Assembly (NCBI GenBank): GCA_015523565.1
Contig: WAKA01000080.1
Coordinates: 1-42,165 of the forward strand
Length of the DNA stretch: 42,165 nt
DNA from: Candidatus Heimdallarchaeota archaeon
GTDB taxonomy: Archaea; Asgardarchaeota; Heimdallarchaeia; Heimdallarchaeales; Kariarchaeaceae
Reading direction: 5' to 3'
Shown here: in pieces, positions 10,709 through 19,413 of the stretch
Layout: the number at the start of each line of letters is the position of its first letter
How positions within the stretch are numbered: position 1 is the first letter of the stretch
Translations under genes and position numbers: made by a program
Notes under the pieces: model-generated
Databases searched by the model: none
Seen by the model: only the letters and a program-made list of their open reading frames with translations
What the model was told of the DNA's origin: nothing

Positions 10709-10849
10709 ATCAAAGAGGGAGGTGGTCGTGAATATTGGGAATCCCTGTAATTCAACATTTGGAACTAGGTCATGAATTTTTGCGTGAACAATAGAAAGCC
10801 TTTCTATATCTTACACCTTCCTCTTTCTAATTATTTAAATTAAGTTGTT

Positions 10850-11833
10850 TCATGTTAAAAAATCTTTATGGTAAATAACCCCTTGTTTTGTAGAAAAATC
10901 ATGGAAATAGCTTTTAAGGTCTACATTTCCCCCACTAAGAATGAGTCCTACTTTTTTAATCTCCGTTTGATTTAATTTTCTGGCCGCGGCCAGCGGCACA
11001 GCCCCAGAAGGTTCAACAATTATTTTCATTCTTTCCCAGAGAAAACGCATTGCTTGGATTATCTCTTGTTCGGTAACTGTGATGATGTCATCGACGTATT
11101 TTGTTATGATATTGAATGTCAATGGTGAAAGGGATGTTCTTAACCCGTCTGCGATTGTCTTGGGATTGGTTTGTGGGATCAGTCTTTTTTGCTTGAAAGA
11201 CTGGTATGCATCGTCTGCCATTTCTGGTTCGGCACCATAGACGTATTTGACTGTGTTGCTCAATTTTGCGTAAGCAGATGTACCACTCAGCAACCCACCA
11301 CCGCCCACGGGGGCAATCACAGCGTCCAATTTTCCAACTTGTGAGATTAACTCAGACGTTGCGGTTGCCGCTCCTTCGATGACCTGTTGATTGTCATAAG
11401 GGTGGATGAGTGTATACCCATATTTTTCTATCAGTGCATTGCATGTTTCTTCCCTTGCCTTTTGTGTTGGTTCACATTCAATTACTTCTGCACCATATCC
11501 AATTGTTGCTTGTTTTTTTACGATCGGTGCGTTATTTGGCATGACTATGACTGTTTTGATTCCCAGGATTTTACCTGCCAAAGCCACCGCCTGTGCATGG
11601 TTTCCACTAGAGTGGGTGATGACCCCTGCCTTTTTTTGATGTGGGGAAAGCTGAGCCATTGCATTGAATGCCCCTCTGAACTTAAATGCACCCATTCTCT
11701 GAAAATTTTCCGCTTTTAGGTAGATTTCCATTCCCGTCTCAGCATTCAAGGTTCTTGAAGTCATCACAGGAGTCTTGTTTGCAATACCTTCCAAACGTCC
11801 TGAGGCTTCCAAAATTTTATTGAGCACATTCAA
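10850..11833 (-). CDS. PLP-dependent serine/threonine dehydratase / serine racemase family
   Basis: KAENFQRMGAFKFRGA (PLP Lys), SSGNH, PVGGGGLLSG, TIADG, EPSGA, SGGN; no ACT domain. Confidence 0.92.
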   Translation of the reverse strand: MNVLNKILEASGRLEGIANKTPVMTSRTLNAETGMEIYLKAENFQRMGAFKFRGAFNAMAQLSPHQKKAGVITHSSGNHAQAVALAGKILGIKTVIVMPNNAPIVKKQATIGYGAEVIECEPTQKAREETCNALIEKYGYTLIHPYDNQQVIEGAATATSELISQVGKLDAVIAPVGGGGLLSGTSAYAKLSNTVKYVYGAEPEMADDAYQSFKQKRLIPQTNPKTIADGLRTSLSPLTFNIITKYVDDIITVTEQEIIQAMRFLWERMKIIVEPSGAVPLAAARKLNQTEIKKVGLILSGGNVDLKSYFHDFSTKQGVIYHKDFLT

Positions 11834-11860
11834 GTCTCATTCTTTCGTAATAAAACATTT

Positions 11861-12481
11861 TCATTCACAATAAACTTGAAATACGTCCTTTTTGACATAA
11901 TATTGGTTCCATCCTTGCGTAAGATTCAATTGAACTTCTTGTTCGCCGTTATTGCAATTCTTGAACGAAAAATCAAACATCATTGTGAAATCTGCATTTG
12001 CATCTACTGTTGCGTTGAAATAAAATGGAACAGAAATATATGTCTTGTTGTAATTCTGGTAAGCACTGAATTTGTGCGTTTGCATAAGTTTTGTGTAATC
12101 CTGGGTTGAAAAAGGAGATGATTGGAATATAGACGACAGGTTTACGTTTTTTCCAAAAGCAAGTATCTTCAGGTAACTGCTTCCGTTGATTACTTCTACA
12201 TCCAACACCAAATCTTCATTTCCCCCAAACTTATCGGGATCATTAAGGTCCATTTCCACAAATGATGGGGTGATTTGGTCATTCATGAGGATGAATGGGA
12301 TATAAAGGCCAAATGATTGGCTTGTAGGCAGTGTAATCTGGATTTTTGTCTCCTCCCGATATGTAGGCCTGATATGGATGAGAATGGCAGAGGCAATCAT
12401 TGGACCAAATATGATGGCAACAATAAGAAATGCGATAATCGCGGCTTTCTTCATGTCTTTTTCTTGACTTTCCATTGACAA
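11861..12481 (-). CDS. Hypothetical protein with N-terminal membrane anchor
   Basis: 206-aa ORF with one hydrophobic helix (AAIIAFLIVAIIFGPMIASAILI) and a beta-rich, NxS/T-containing remainder. Confidence 0.65.
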   Translation of the reverse strand: MSMESQEKDMKKAAIIAFLIVAIIFGPMIASAILIHIRPTYREETKIQITLPTSQSFGLYIPFILMNDQITPSFVEMDLNDPDKFGGNEDLVLDVEVINGSSYLKILAFGKNVNLSSIFQSSPFSTQDYTKLMQTHKFSAYQNYNKTYISVPFYFNATVDANADFTMMFDFSFKNCNNGEQEVQLNLTQGWNQYYVKKDVFQVYCE

Positions 12482-12562
12482 CCAATATTTGTCACGAATT
12501 TTAATGCAACGATAAGTCTTATGATAGAATGGTTTACATATCCCTGTTTCTAAACAAATAAG

Positions 12563-13234
12563 ATGGGATTGAAGGAAATTGCAGAATTTTTTGATATTGA
12601 CAACCTTGCTTACGTATCTGTCGGTGTCTCTCCCAAATCATGTGGTGGGGGGGATGAATTCAAATATTTTGCCCTTGTGGGAGATAAATTCCTTGATTTG
12701 GTTATCATTGAAAAAATGGGGGAGAAGGGTGTTCTGAATACAGGGGAAATCACCCAACATATTGCCCGTTTAGTAAATGCCAAAACCCTCTCGCAGTTCG
12801 GCAGTGAATTGGGTATACCTTCTGTCATGACACCCGTGGATCCAAAACATAAGATCCACCCAAATGAGGTCAAAGAGGCAGTTGAGGCATTATTGGGGGT
12901 TTCTTATTTAACCAACGGATATGAACGGGGCTATCGTATAGCAATAAAGATTTTGGAGAATTTGGAAAACCTGAAATCAATACCAAATTACAAAAGTTTG
13001 GTCAACCAGTTGCTCCAAAAGAATGGATTCAAACCAGTCAAATATGTCACACATAAAATCCGTGGGGCTTCGCATAACCCTGTCTTTGTTTCGACGGCGA
13101 TTGCACATGTCAATGGGAAAAAGTATACGGCAGAGGGCAAGGAGGCAAACAAGAAGAAAGAGGCAGAAAAATCAGCCGCAGAGCACCTGTTCAAAATTCT
13201 TTCATCTATTCTAGAGGTACATTCAACATCTTAA
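12563..13234 (+). CDS. rnc: Ribonuclease III family protein with C-terminal dsRNA-binding domain
   Basis: FALVGDKFLDL (RNase III signature variant), LVNAKTL, KEAVEALLG, and dsRBD YKSLVNQLLQK...SHNPVF...KKKEAEKSAA. Confidence 0.8.
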   Translation: MGLKEIAEFFDIDNLAYVSVGVSPKSCGGGDEFKYFALVGDKFLDLVIIEKMGEKGVLNTGEITQHIARLVNAKTLSQFGSELGIPSVMTPVDPKHKIHPNEVKEAVEALLGVSYLTNGYERGYRIAIKILENLENLKSIPNYKSLVNQLLQKNGFKPVKYVTHKIRGASHNPVFVSTAIAHVNGKKYTAEGKEANKKKEAEKSAAEHLFKILSSILEVHSTS

Positions 13235-15293
13235 GGATAAATGTGTATATGAATGCAAGTTCTCTTAAGTAGTCGTATCTTCCAGAAGCACCTGAGTGTC
13301 CTGCACCCATGTTGGTCTTCAACAACAGGATGTTGTTGTCTGTTTTCAAATCCCGAAGCTTTGCCACCCATTTTGCAGGTTCCCAATAATGAACCCTTGG
13401 ATCATTCAGACCTGCGGTTACCAACATTGCCGGATAATCTTGTGGCTTGACATTGTCATATGGAGAATAGGAAAGAATATATTCAAAATATTCCCTGTCT
13501 TTTGGATTTCCCCATTCCTTGTATTCAAAGGTGGTCAAGGGGATGGTCTCGTCCAACATGGTATTAATCACATCAACAAAAGGAACCCTTGCAACAACAA
13601 CTTTGAACAAGTCAGGTCGCATGTTCACCACGGCACCCATAAGTAAGCCTCCAGCAGACCCTCCCATAATTGCCAACCTGTCCTTGTTCGTGTATTTCTT
13701 TTCAATCAAATGCTCTGCAACACTAATGAAGTCTGTAAATGTATTCTTTTTCTTAAGGAGCTTTCCATCCAAGTACCATGGCTTCCCCATTTCCCCACCC
13801 CCTCTAATGTGGGCTATAGCGTAAACCATTCCCCTTTCCAGAAAACTGATCGATGTTGAGCTAAAGCTTGGATCAATGCTTGCCCCATAGGATCCATATC
13901 CATAAAGCAGTGCAGGTGCCGTACCATCCAATGCCACACCCTTTTTATATGCTATGGATATTGGGATTTTTGTGCCATCTTTTGCAGTGGCATAATCCCT
14001 TACTGTCACATAGTCCTCGGGATTGAACCCCTTCACTTCTTCCTGTTTTCTCTTGACAAGTTCTCTCTTGAAAACCTCATAATCATACGTTATCGGAGGT
14101 GTTACTGGGGATGAAAAACTGAATCTCAAATAATTTGTCTCATAGTTGGGATTGAATGAAAAGCCCAAGGAATAGATCTCTTCAGGGAAATCAATATCGT
14201 GCATGGTTTTGGCTTTCACGTCATAAATGGAAATACCCAAAAATCCACCATGGCGTTTATAAATCGCCAAAAAGTCCTTGAATGCCTCTACATCTATAAT
14301 CCGGACTTCTGGGTTATGGGCAATAAATTCTTTCCAAGCATCCCTTGAAATATTGTCTTCAGGTGTTTTCATGATTCTGAAGTTGACTGCGTCTTCATTG
14401 GTTACAATATAGAAATCTTGTTCATGATGCGTGACAAAATACTCAATCCCTTCCTTTCTTGGTGCAAAAACTTTCATCCCTTCCAATAAAGGTTGCTTGT
14501 CCATTTCTCCTTTTGCTGCCAACGGGGCAAACCATGTTTCGGTTGTATCACTTGAAAGGCTTGATATAATCAGATATTTTCTGCTTCTTGATTTATCAAA
14601 GCTGACAAAAAATTGTTTGTCGTCTTCCTTGTAAATTATGGGGTCGTTATCACTATTTTGACCCAAAGTATGTTGTTTGACGGCATAGGGTCTGTGTATG
14701 TCGTCAAGTATTGAATAGAAAAATGCTGTGCCATTATTGTCCCAGATGACACTTCCTGCAACTTCTTTTATTTCTGCAAGAACCTTTCCACTTTCTATTT
14801 CCTTGACGAAAAGGTCATATTTCTCATAACCGTTTGTATCTATTGAGTATGCCATTTTGGTATGGTCTGGACTAACTTTCAGGGCACCCAGATGAAAATA
14901 ATCCTTACCTTCCGCATATTTGTTCTCATCAAAAAATATCTCTTCGGGTGCATCCATGGACCCCTTTTTTCTGCAATGGATGGCATAGTTCTTCCCCTTC
15001 TCTGTTCTGTGATAGTAGTAATATTCATCAATCTTGACGGGAACGCTTTGATCTGTCTCTTTTATCCTGCTTTTCATTTCCTCAAAAAGTTTCTGCTGGA
15101 ATTCCTCCGTTTCCTTCATGAATTCCTCAGTGTACTTGTTTTCAGCTTCCAAATATTTGAGAACGTCTTCGTTTTCTTTGTCCCTTAACCAGAAATAAGG
15201 GTCTTCTAGTTTCCTCCCATGAATCTCCAGTATCCTCGGAATTTTCTTTGCTTTTGGAGCTCTACTGACCATAACATTCTGGAATTCGCCCAT
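13206..15293 (-). CDS. ptrB: Oligopeptidase B (S9A)
   Basis: EDPYFWLRD, YGYGSYG, HIRGGGEMG, GGSAGG nucleophile, NDPRVHYWEPAKW, GAGHSGASGR. Confidence 0.93.
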   Translation of the reverse strand: MGEFQNVMVSRAPKAKKIPRILEIHGRKLEDPYFWLRDKENEDVLKYLEAENKYTEEFMKETEEFQQKLFEEMKSRIKETDQSVPVKIDEYYYYHRTEKGKNYAIHCRKKGSMDAPEEIFFDENKYAEGKDYFHLGALKVSPDHTKMAYSIDTNGYEKYDLFVKEIESGKVLAEIKEVAGSVIWDNNGTAFFYSILDDIHRPYAVKQHTLGQNSDNDPIIYKEDDKQFFVSFDKSRSRKYLIISSLSSDTTETWFAPLAAKGEMDKQPLLEGMKVFAPRKEGIEYFVTHHEQDFYIVTNEDAVNFRIMKTPEDNISRDAWKEFIAHNPEVRIIDVEAFKDFLAIYKRHGGFLGISIYDVKAKTMHDIDFPEEIYSLGFSFNPNYETNYLRFSFSSPVTPPITYDYEVFKRELVKRKQEEVKGFNPEDYVTVRDYATAKDGTKIPISIAYKKGVALDGTAPALLYGYGSYGASIDPSFSSTSISFLERGMVYAIAHIRGGGEMGKPWYLDGKLLKKKNTFTDFISVAEHLIEKKYTNKDRLAIMGGSAGGLLMGAVVNMRPDLFKVVVARVPFVDVINTMLDETIPLTTFEYKEWGNPKDREYFEYILSYSPYDNVKPQDYPAMLVTAGLNDPRVHYWEPAKWVAKLRDLKTDNNILLLKTNMGAGHSGASGRYDYLRELAFIYTFILKMLNVPLE

Positions 15294-15317
15294 TATTTTT
15301 CTATTGTGGAAATGACC

Positions 15318-15332
15318 AAGACCAGTGGTCTT
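15318..15332. promoter_or_regulatory. Perfect 7-1-7 palindrome AAGACCA-G-TGGTCTT, candidate operator
   Basis: Lies in the 98-bp gap between divergent ptrB and the longin/DENN-like gene. Confidence 0.35.
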
Positions 15333-15391
15333 ATTGATCCATTTTTTAGGACGACACCCTTATTAATACCCTTTCTAAAGTTCAAAGTACC

Positions 15392-16795
15392 ATGAGCCTT
15401 CCAATGAGTCTTTATCTGAGAAGACTTCAAATCATCTCAGAGGATGGGTTAACATTATTCGTCCATCCAGATTCCTTCTCCAAGAATCCCCAACTCATTT
15501 CAGGAATGCTTTCCGCTCTTTTTCTTTTCATAAAGGAGGAATATGGTGGCAATGTCAAGTCAATCATGCTCTCAGACAGGAAAATCAATTTTGTGAGATA
15601 TGGGAGTTACTTGGTGATTCTAGAGATGGAATCCTTTGTGGATGATGGATGTGCCAATGTTTTTTTCACATACCTGCTGGATTTATTGACGCCTGTATTT
15701 GAAAAGGCAGGTTCAAATTATAATCTGGCCATTTCTCTTTTGGAAGGTCTGTCACTCCCACAAATATTTGATGCCAACCGTCAATTGGAAATCCTTGAGA
15801 AACATGATATCCCCCAACCTTTGTCAAATTGCTACCTGTTTTTAAGGAAAGGATCTGACAAACTTGTCCACCAAGGGGAAATTCCCCCTTCAAAAACCCG
15901 TTTAATTCAGCGGGAAGTAAGTGACTCTTCGGATGCAATGCTGTCTTATCATACCACTATTTTTTGCGATGATAGAACCGATTTGGTTGTCATGCATGAC
16001 CTTCTTCCTGTTCATGATTTTGAAATGATTTTGTGTGTTCCTGAATCGCTTGAACAGATGCTGGTCAATATTTCCAACGGCATCCATTCCATGCTCTCAA
16101 ACATTTTGGATCTCTATCCCAACATGGATGTTTCAAAATTAATGGAATATCTTGTCTCATTGCGGCTTCCTTCACAGATTGTCCATAAGCATGAGCCAAA
16201 AAAATCCTTTGACCTTCCAAAATCATTCTCCAACCCCATAAAACTTTCAACATTGGCAATGGAACTTTTAGAGAACTCACTTCCAGTTTTCACAGAAAAA
16301 TTGCTGTTGGGCGAGAAAATCTGCATTGTCGGAAGCGAGCTCTCCTGCTTTGCAGTAAATGTCCTCATCCAAGAATTGGTTGAACATCAGCCAATCAATA
16401 TTGGCACTTACTCAGTGACTGAACTCCCTCCCTCATCCCAAGTGGTTTTTTGCAGTCCTAGACTTTCTGACTCTGCCAAAGACCAAGGTTATTTTGTTAT
16501 TGCCATTGGTTCTCCTAGAAGAGGAAAAAACATCTTTGCAGACATTTATTCAAGACTTTCCATTTTGGATCCCGAAAATCGGCTAATACAATACCTTGAA
16601 AAAGTAAAGAATATTCACCATCTCTATGGGGATCTCCTTTTTTGTCTTTTAGGGGAATTTGACCAGACAGTTGCCAAAAGGAGATTTCGGAAATTGAAGG
16701 AGAGGATGGGCAGTAAGACCTTCTCATTCTGCAAATCTATGATTCTTCGCAAACACCCTCAACTGGAGGAACACCTGCAAAGTTTTCTCAAATAA
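15392..16795 (+). CDS. Longin + DENN-like domain protein
   Basis: N-terminal longin (LQIISEDGLTLF...NPQLISGMLSALFLFIKE...VKSIMLSDRKINF), a possible second longin-like region, then KLLLGEKICIVGS resembling the cDENN core strand, and a helical C-terminus. Confidence 0.55.
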   Translation: MSLPMSLYLRRLQIISEDGLTLFVHPDSFSKNPQLISGMLSALFLFIKEEYGGNVKSIMLSDRKINFVRYGSYLVILEMESFVDDGCANVFFTYLLDLLTPVFEKAGSNYNLAISLLEGLSLPQIFDANRQLEILEKHDIPQPLSNCYLFLRKGSDKLVHQGEIPPSKTRLIQREVSDSSDAMLSYHTTIFCDDRTDLVVMHDLLPVHDFEMILCVPESLEQMLVNISNGIHSMLSNILDLYPNMDVSKLMEYLVSLRLPSQIVHKHEPKKSFDLPKSFSNPIKLSTLAMELLENSLPVFTEKLLLGEKICIVGSELSCFAVNVLIQELVEHQPINIGTYSVTELPPSSQVVFCSPRLSDSAKDQGYFVIAIGSPRRGKNIFADIYSRLSILDPENRLIQYLEKVKNIHHLYGDLLFCLLGEFDQTVAKRRFRKLKERMGSKTFSFCKSMILRKHPQLEEHLQSFLK

Positions 16796-16837
16796 GAATT
16801 CCATTATACATTATTGGACAAAATTGTCCTGTTTCTG

Positions 16838-17512
16838 TTACACTATAATGAAGACATCAGGAATTTTTTCTTGCCATTCCCTTTTGAAAATATAGGAAAT
16901 TCGTTTTTCTTGCCTCCCCATTGTGTCTGTTTTATAATGATGTCCCAATTTTTGAAATCCAATCTTTTCATATACATGTTGGGCCCTTTTGTTTACCGCC
17001 TGTGTTTCCAGCCAGACGGAATTCGTCTCTGTTAAGGCAAAAACAGCAAAAAGGTACATTTGAGTGGCTACTGTTCCAATTCCCATTTCCAGCATGTCGG
17101 GTCGCAATGCAATGCCAAAAATCAGCTCATCCCCATTTTCTGGAACCATTGTGGAAATTCTCCCGACAATGAGGTCTTCCTTTCTTCCTTTGAAAAGAAA
17201 CGATCTGGGGGCTCTTTTCATTTGCGGTGGATTTCCCATTTCCCATCTCTTCATAACCGATTTGATGTCCTGCTTTTCCAGCAGTTCCCTTTTTGCAAAG
17301 AGGGAAAACCAAAAATTGTTTTCACGACTATTGCTTAGATACCAATATCGCCTTTCCTGTTCAGTCCTATAATTGAAATTTGCCCAAAGTAACTTTTTTT
17401 CATTGTAGCTTGGCCATTCTGAAACCTGTTTAAGGTCGTTCAATTCCATTAGTCTCATGTACAGACTCTTATCTCTAACAGCAATTGTTCGGTTTTCAAA
17501 ACAGGATTTCAT
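16838..17512 (-). CDS. GNAT acetyltransferase (RimJ/RimL-like)
   Basis: FGIALRPDMLEMGIGT (motif A) and VWLETQAVNKRAQHVYEKIGF (motif B). Confidence 0.82.
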   Translation of the reverse strand: MKSCFENRTIAVRDKSLYMRLMELNDLKQVSEWPSYNEKKLLWANFNYRTEQERRYWYLSNSRENNFWFSLFAKRELLEKQDIKSVMKRWEMGNPPQMKRAPRSFLFKGRKEDLIVGRISTMVPENGDELIFGIALRPDMLEMGIGTVATQMYLFAVFALTETNSVWLETQAVNKRAQHVYEKIGFQKLGHHYKTDTMGRQEKRISYIFKREWQEKIPDVFIIV

Positions 17513-17574
17513 TTGGGAAACTTACCATGTCCTTCTTCCTTTTCACACTATTTTAATTTTCAGCATTTCCTAGA

Positions 17575-18957
17575 TTATGCAGGTATCCAAACAGTATATG
17601 ATTTTGGTGGTGCCCATATCTCCACCCATCCATCTCCATTTGCCCATTCATCATAAGCCCTTCCTGTAGCATCAACCAATCTTTGATTTGTCCATTTGGT
17701 CTGAACCCATTGTCCTTTCCATGTATCTCCATCATTCATCATCAAAATAACCCCAGGTTGAGATCCATATCCATTCCTTTGCATGATATATAGGTCATTG
17801 TCTGCATACAAGACGGATGTGGTTCCTCCAGCATATCCGCTTCGGATACTGATCAAGAGGTTGATTGCGTCTTTGAATCCCCAATCAAAATAATCTCTCC
17901 AAAAGACAGTGGGATAGCCTTCACTTAATAGAATGTATGCATATGCCATCTCCTTCATGGTGAAAATTTCATTTGTGTCGTGGTTGGCAACAAATGTGGT
18001 TGCATGGAACGGGTCTGTCCCTGCCAATCCAGCATTTGCCAGATTCCTCATGTCAAAATAGCCACCACCTTCACTCATGTCCCTAAGGGTATAGTAAAGA
18101 GGGAAATCAAAGGCGGATGCCCTGTAATTTGTTGATGCAATCCATCCAGTCAATGTATTGATATTGGTGTCCCAATACTCCCCAACGCCATAGCCCCCTA
18201 CATTGGCCAACCAATCTCCGACCATCCATCCATGGTAGCCTTTTACATAATCAAATCTCCAATCAGTGAAACCAATGTCGTCTCGAAGCCAAATCCCCCA
18301 ATCAATAAGCTGTTGCCTTACATAGGGATTTGCATGTGCCAAATCGGGATATCCTCCAAACGTTCCTTCATCCGCCCATTCATACGTTGATGGATGGAAA
18401 TCATTATAGCCCCTAAGGAACTTTCCACTGGCCACTCCACTGAAGTCTGTCCAAGTATATGAGTTTGTATTAGGGTTCCATTGGGAGGCTCCGCCAGAAT
18501 TATGATTGATGACAATGTCTGCGGTTACATGAAGCCCATATGACTTTGCAGAATTGATAAGTGATATCAACTGGGACTTTGTACCAAATCTTGTTGGTAT
18601 ACTCCCCATTTGATTGTATTCTCCCAAATCATAGTAATCGTATGGGTCGTAACCCATAGAATATCTCCCATTCATGGTCTTTGAAGGGGGTGGGAGCCAA
18701 ATGTTGTCAAATCCAGCCGCGGCGATTTCTGGAATCTTTGCGCTGACATTTACATACCAATCGAGTGGAACATCCCAGTAAAATGCCTGGAGCATGACTC
18801 CAGAACCCAATGGTCGCAGTGTATAGCCGTCTACAGGTAACACAGGCTTGTTTTCAATTTTTTGTGTCTCCTAGGGATTTACTTGAACATATGTGTTCGC
18901 CACAGGGGATACCAAAATGAATGAAATAATCAGGAAACCAATCTTCTCTCGTTTCAT
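17575..18957 (-). CDS. amyA: Alpha-amylase, GH13 Thermococcales-type; in-frame TAG at 18873-18871 between signal peptide and catalytic domain
   Basis: VMLQAFYWDVP, MGYDPYDYYDLGEY, DIVINH, WRFDYVKG, VGEYWD, FVANHD. The upstream in-frame ATG 18957 gives MKREKIGFLIISFILVSPVA...NP*ETQK; the uninterrupted ORF is 17575..18843. Confidence 0.88.
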
Positions 18958-19078
18958 GACAATCACGGGGATAAAGCAAATAGTTGGATTCATATTGGCT
19001 TATTAGTTTTTTGTGCAATATCCAGAAAATCGAAAAACAGTTGGATGTTTTTCGGGAAAAACCTCCGAATTTAGGAAA

Positions 19079-19149
19079 AAAAAGAAGGCTAATCTGTAAG
19101 AAAGCGTCCGCCAATCTCAATTTAATTTAAAAAGATTAGCCTTCTTTTT
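19079..19149. repeat. Perfect 17-bp inverted repeat with 37-nt spacer
   Basis: AAAAAGAAGGCTAATCT (19079-19095) and AGATTAGCCTTCTTTTT (19133-19149) in the divergent intergenic region upstream of the amylase. Confidence 0.8.
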
Positions 19150-19413
19150 GGATCCTTTCGAACCACCACCAACTTGGGTTATGATTAATGAAATATCTAT
19201 TCCACACTATAAAAGATTAACTGTGATGGCGGTTGAACCATTTTTTTCCGAAAAACCCATGCAAAAAAACATTGTTGAATCTTGTTTTGTATATTTCAAA
19301 ATCAAGCATAATGAAAACAACAGTTTTAATTAAACAAAGTTTGTTTTCAGAATTCTTTCTGTTTCCATAACTCTTTCAATGACGATTTATATCATGCGCG
19401 ACTTGTTCTAGTT

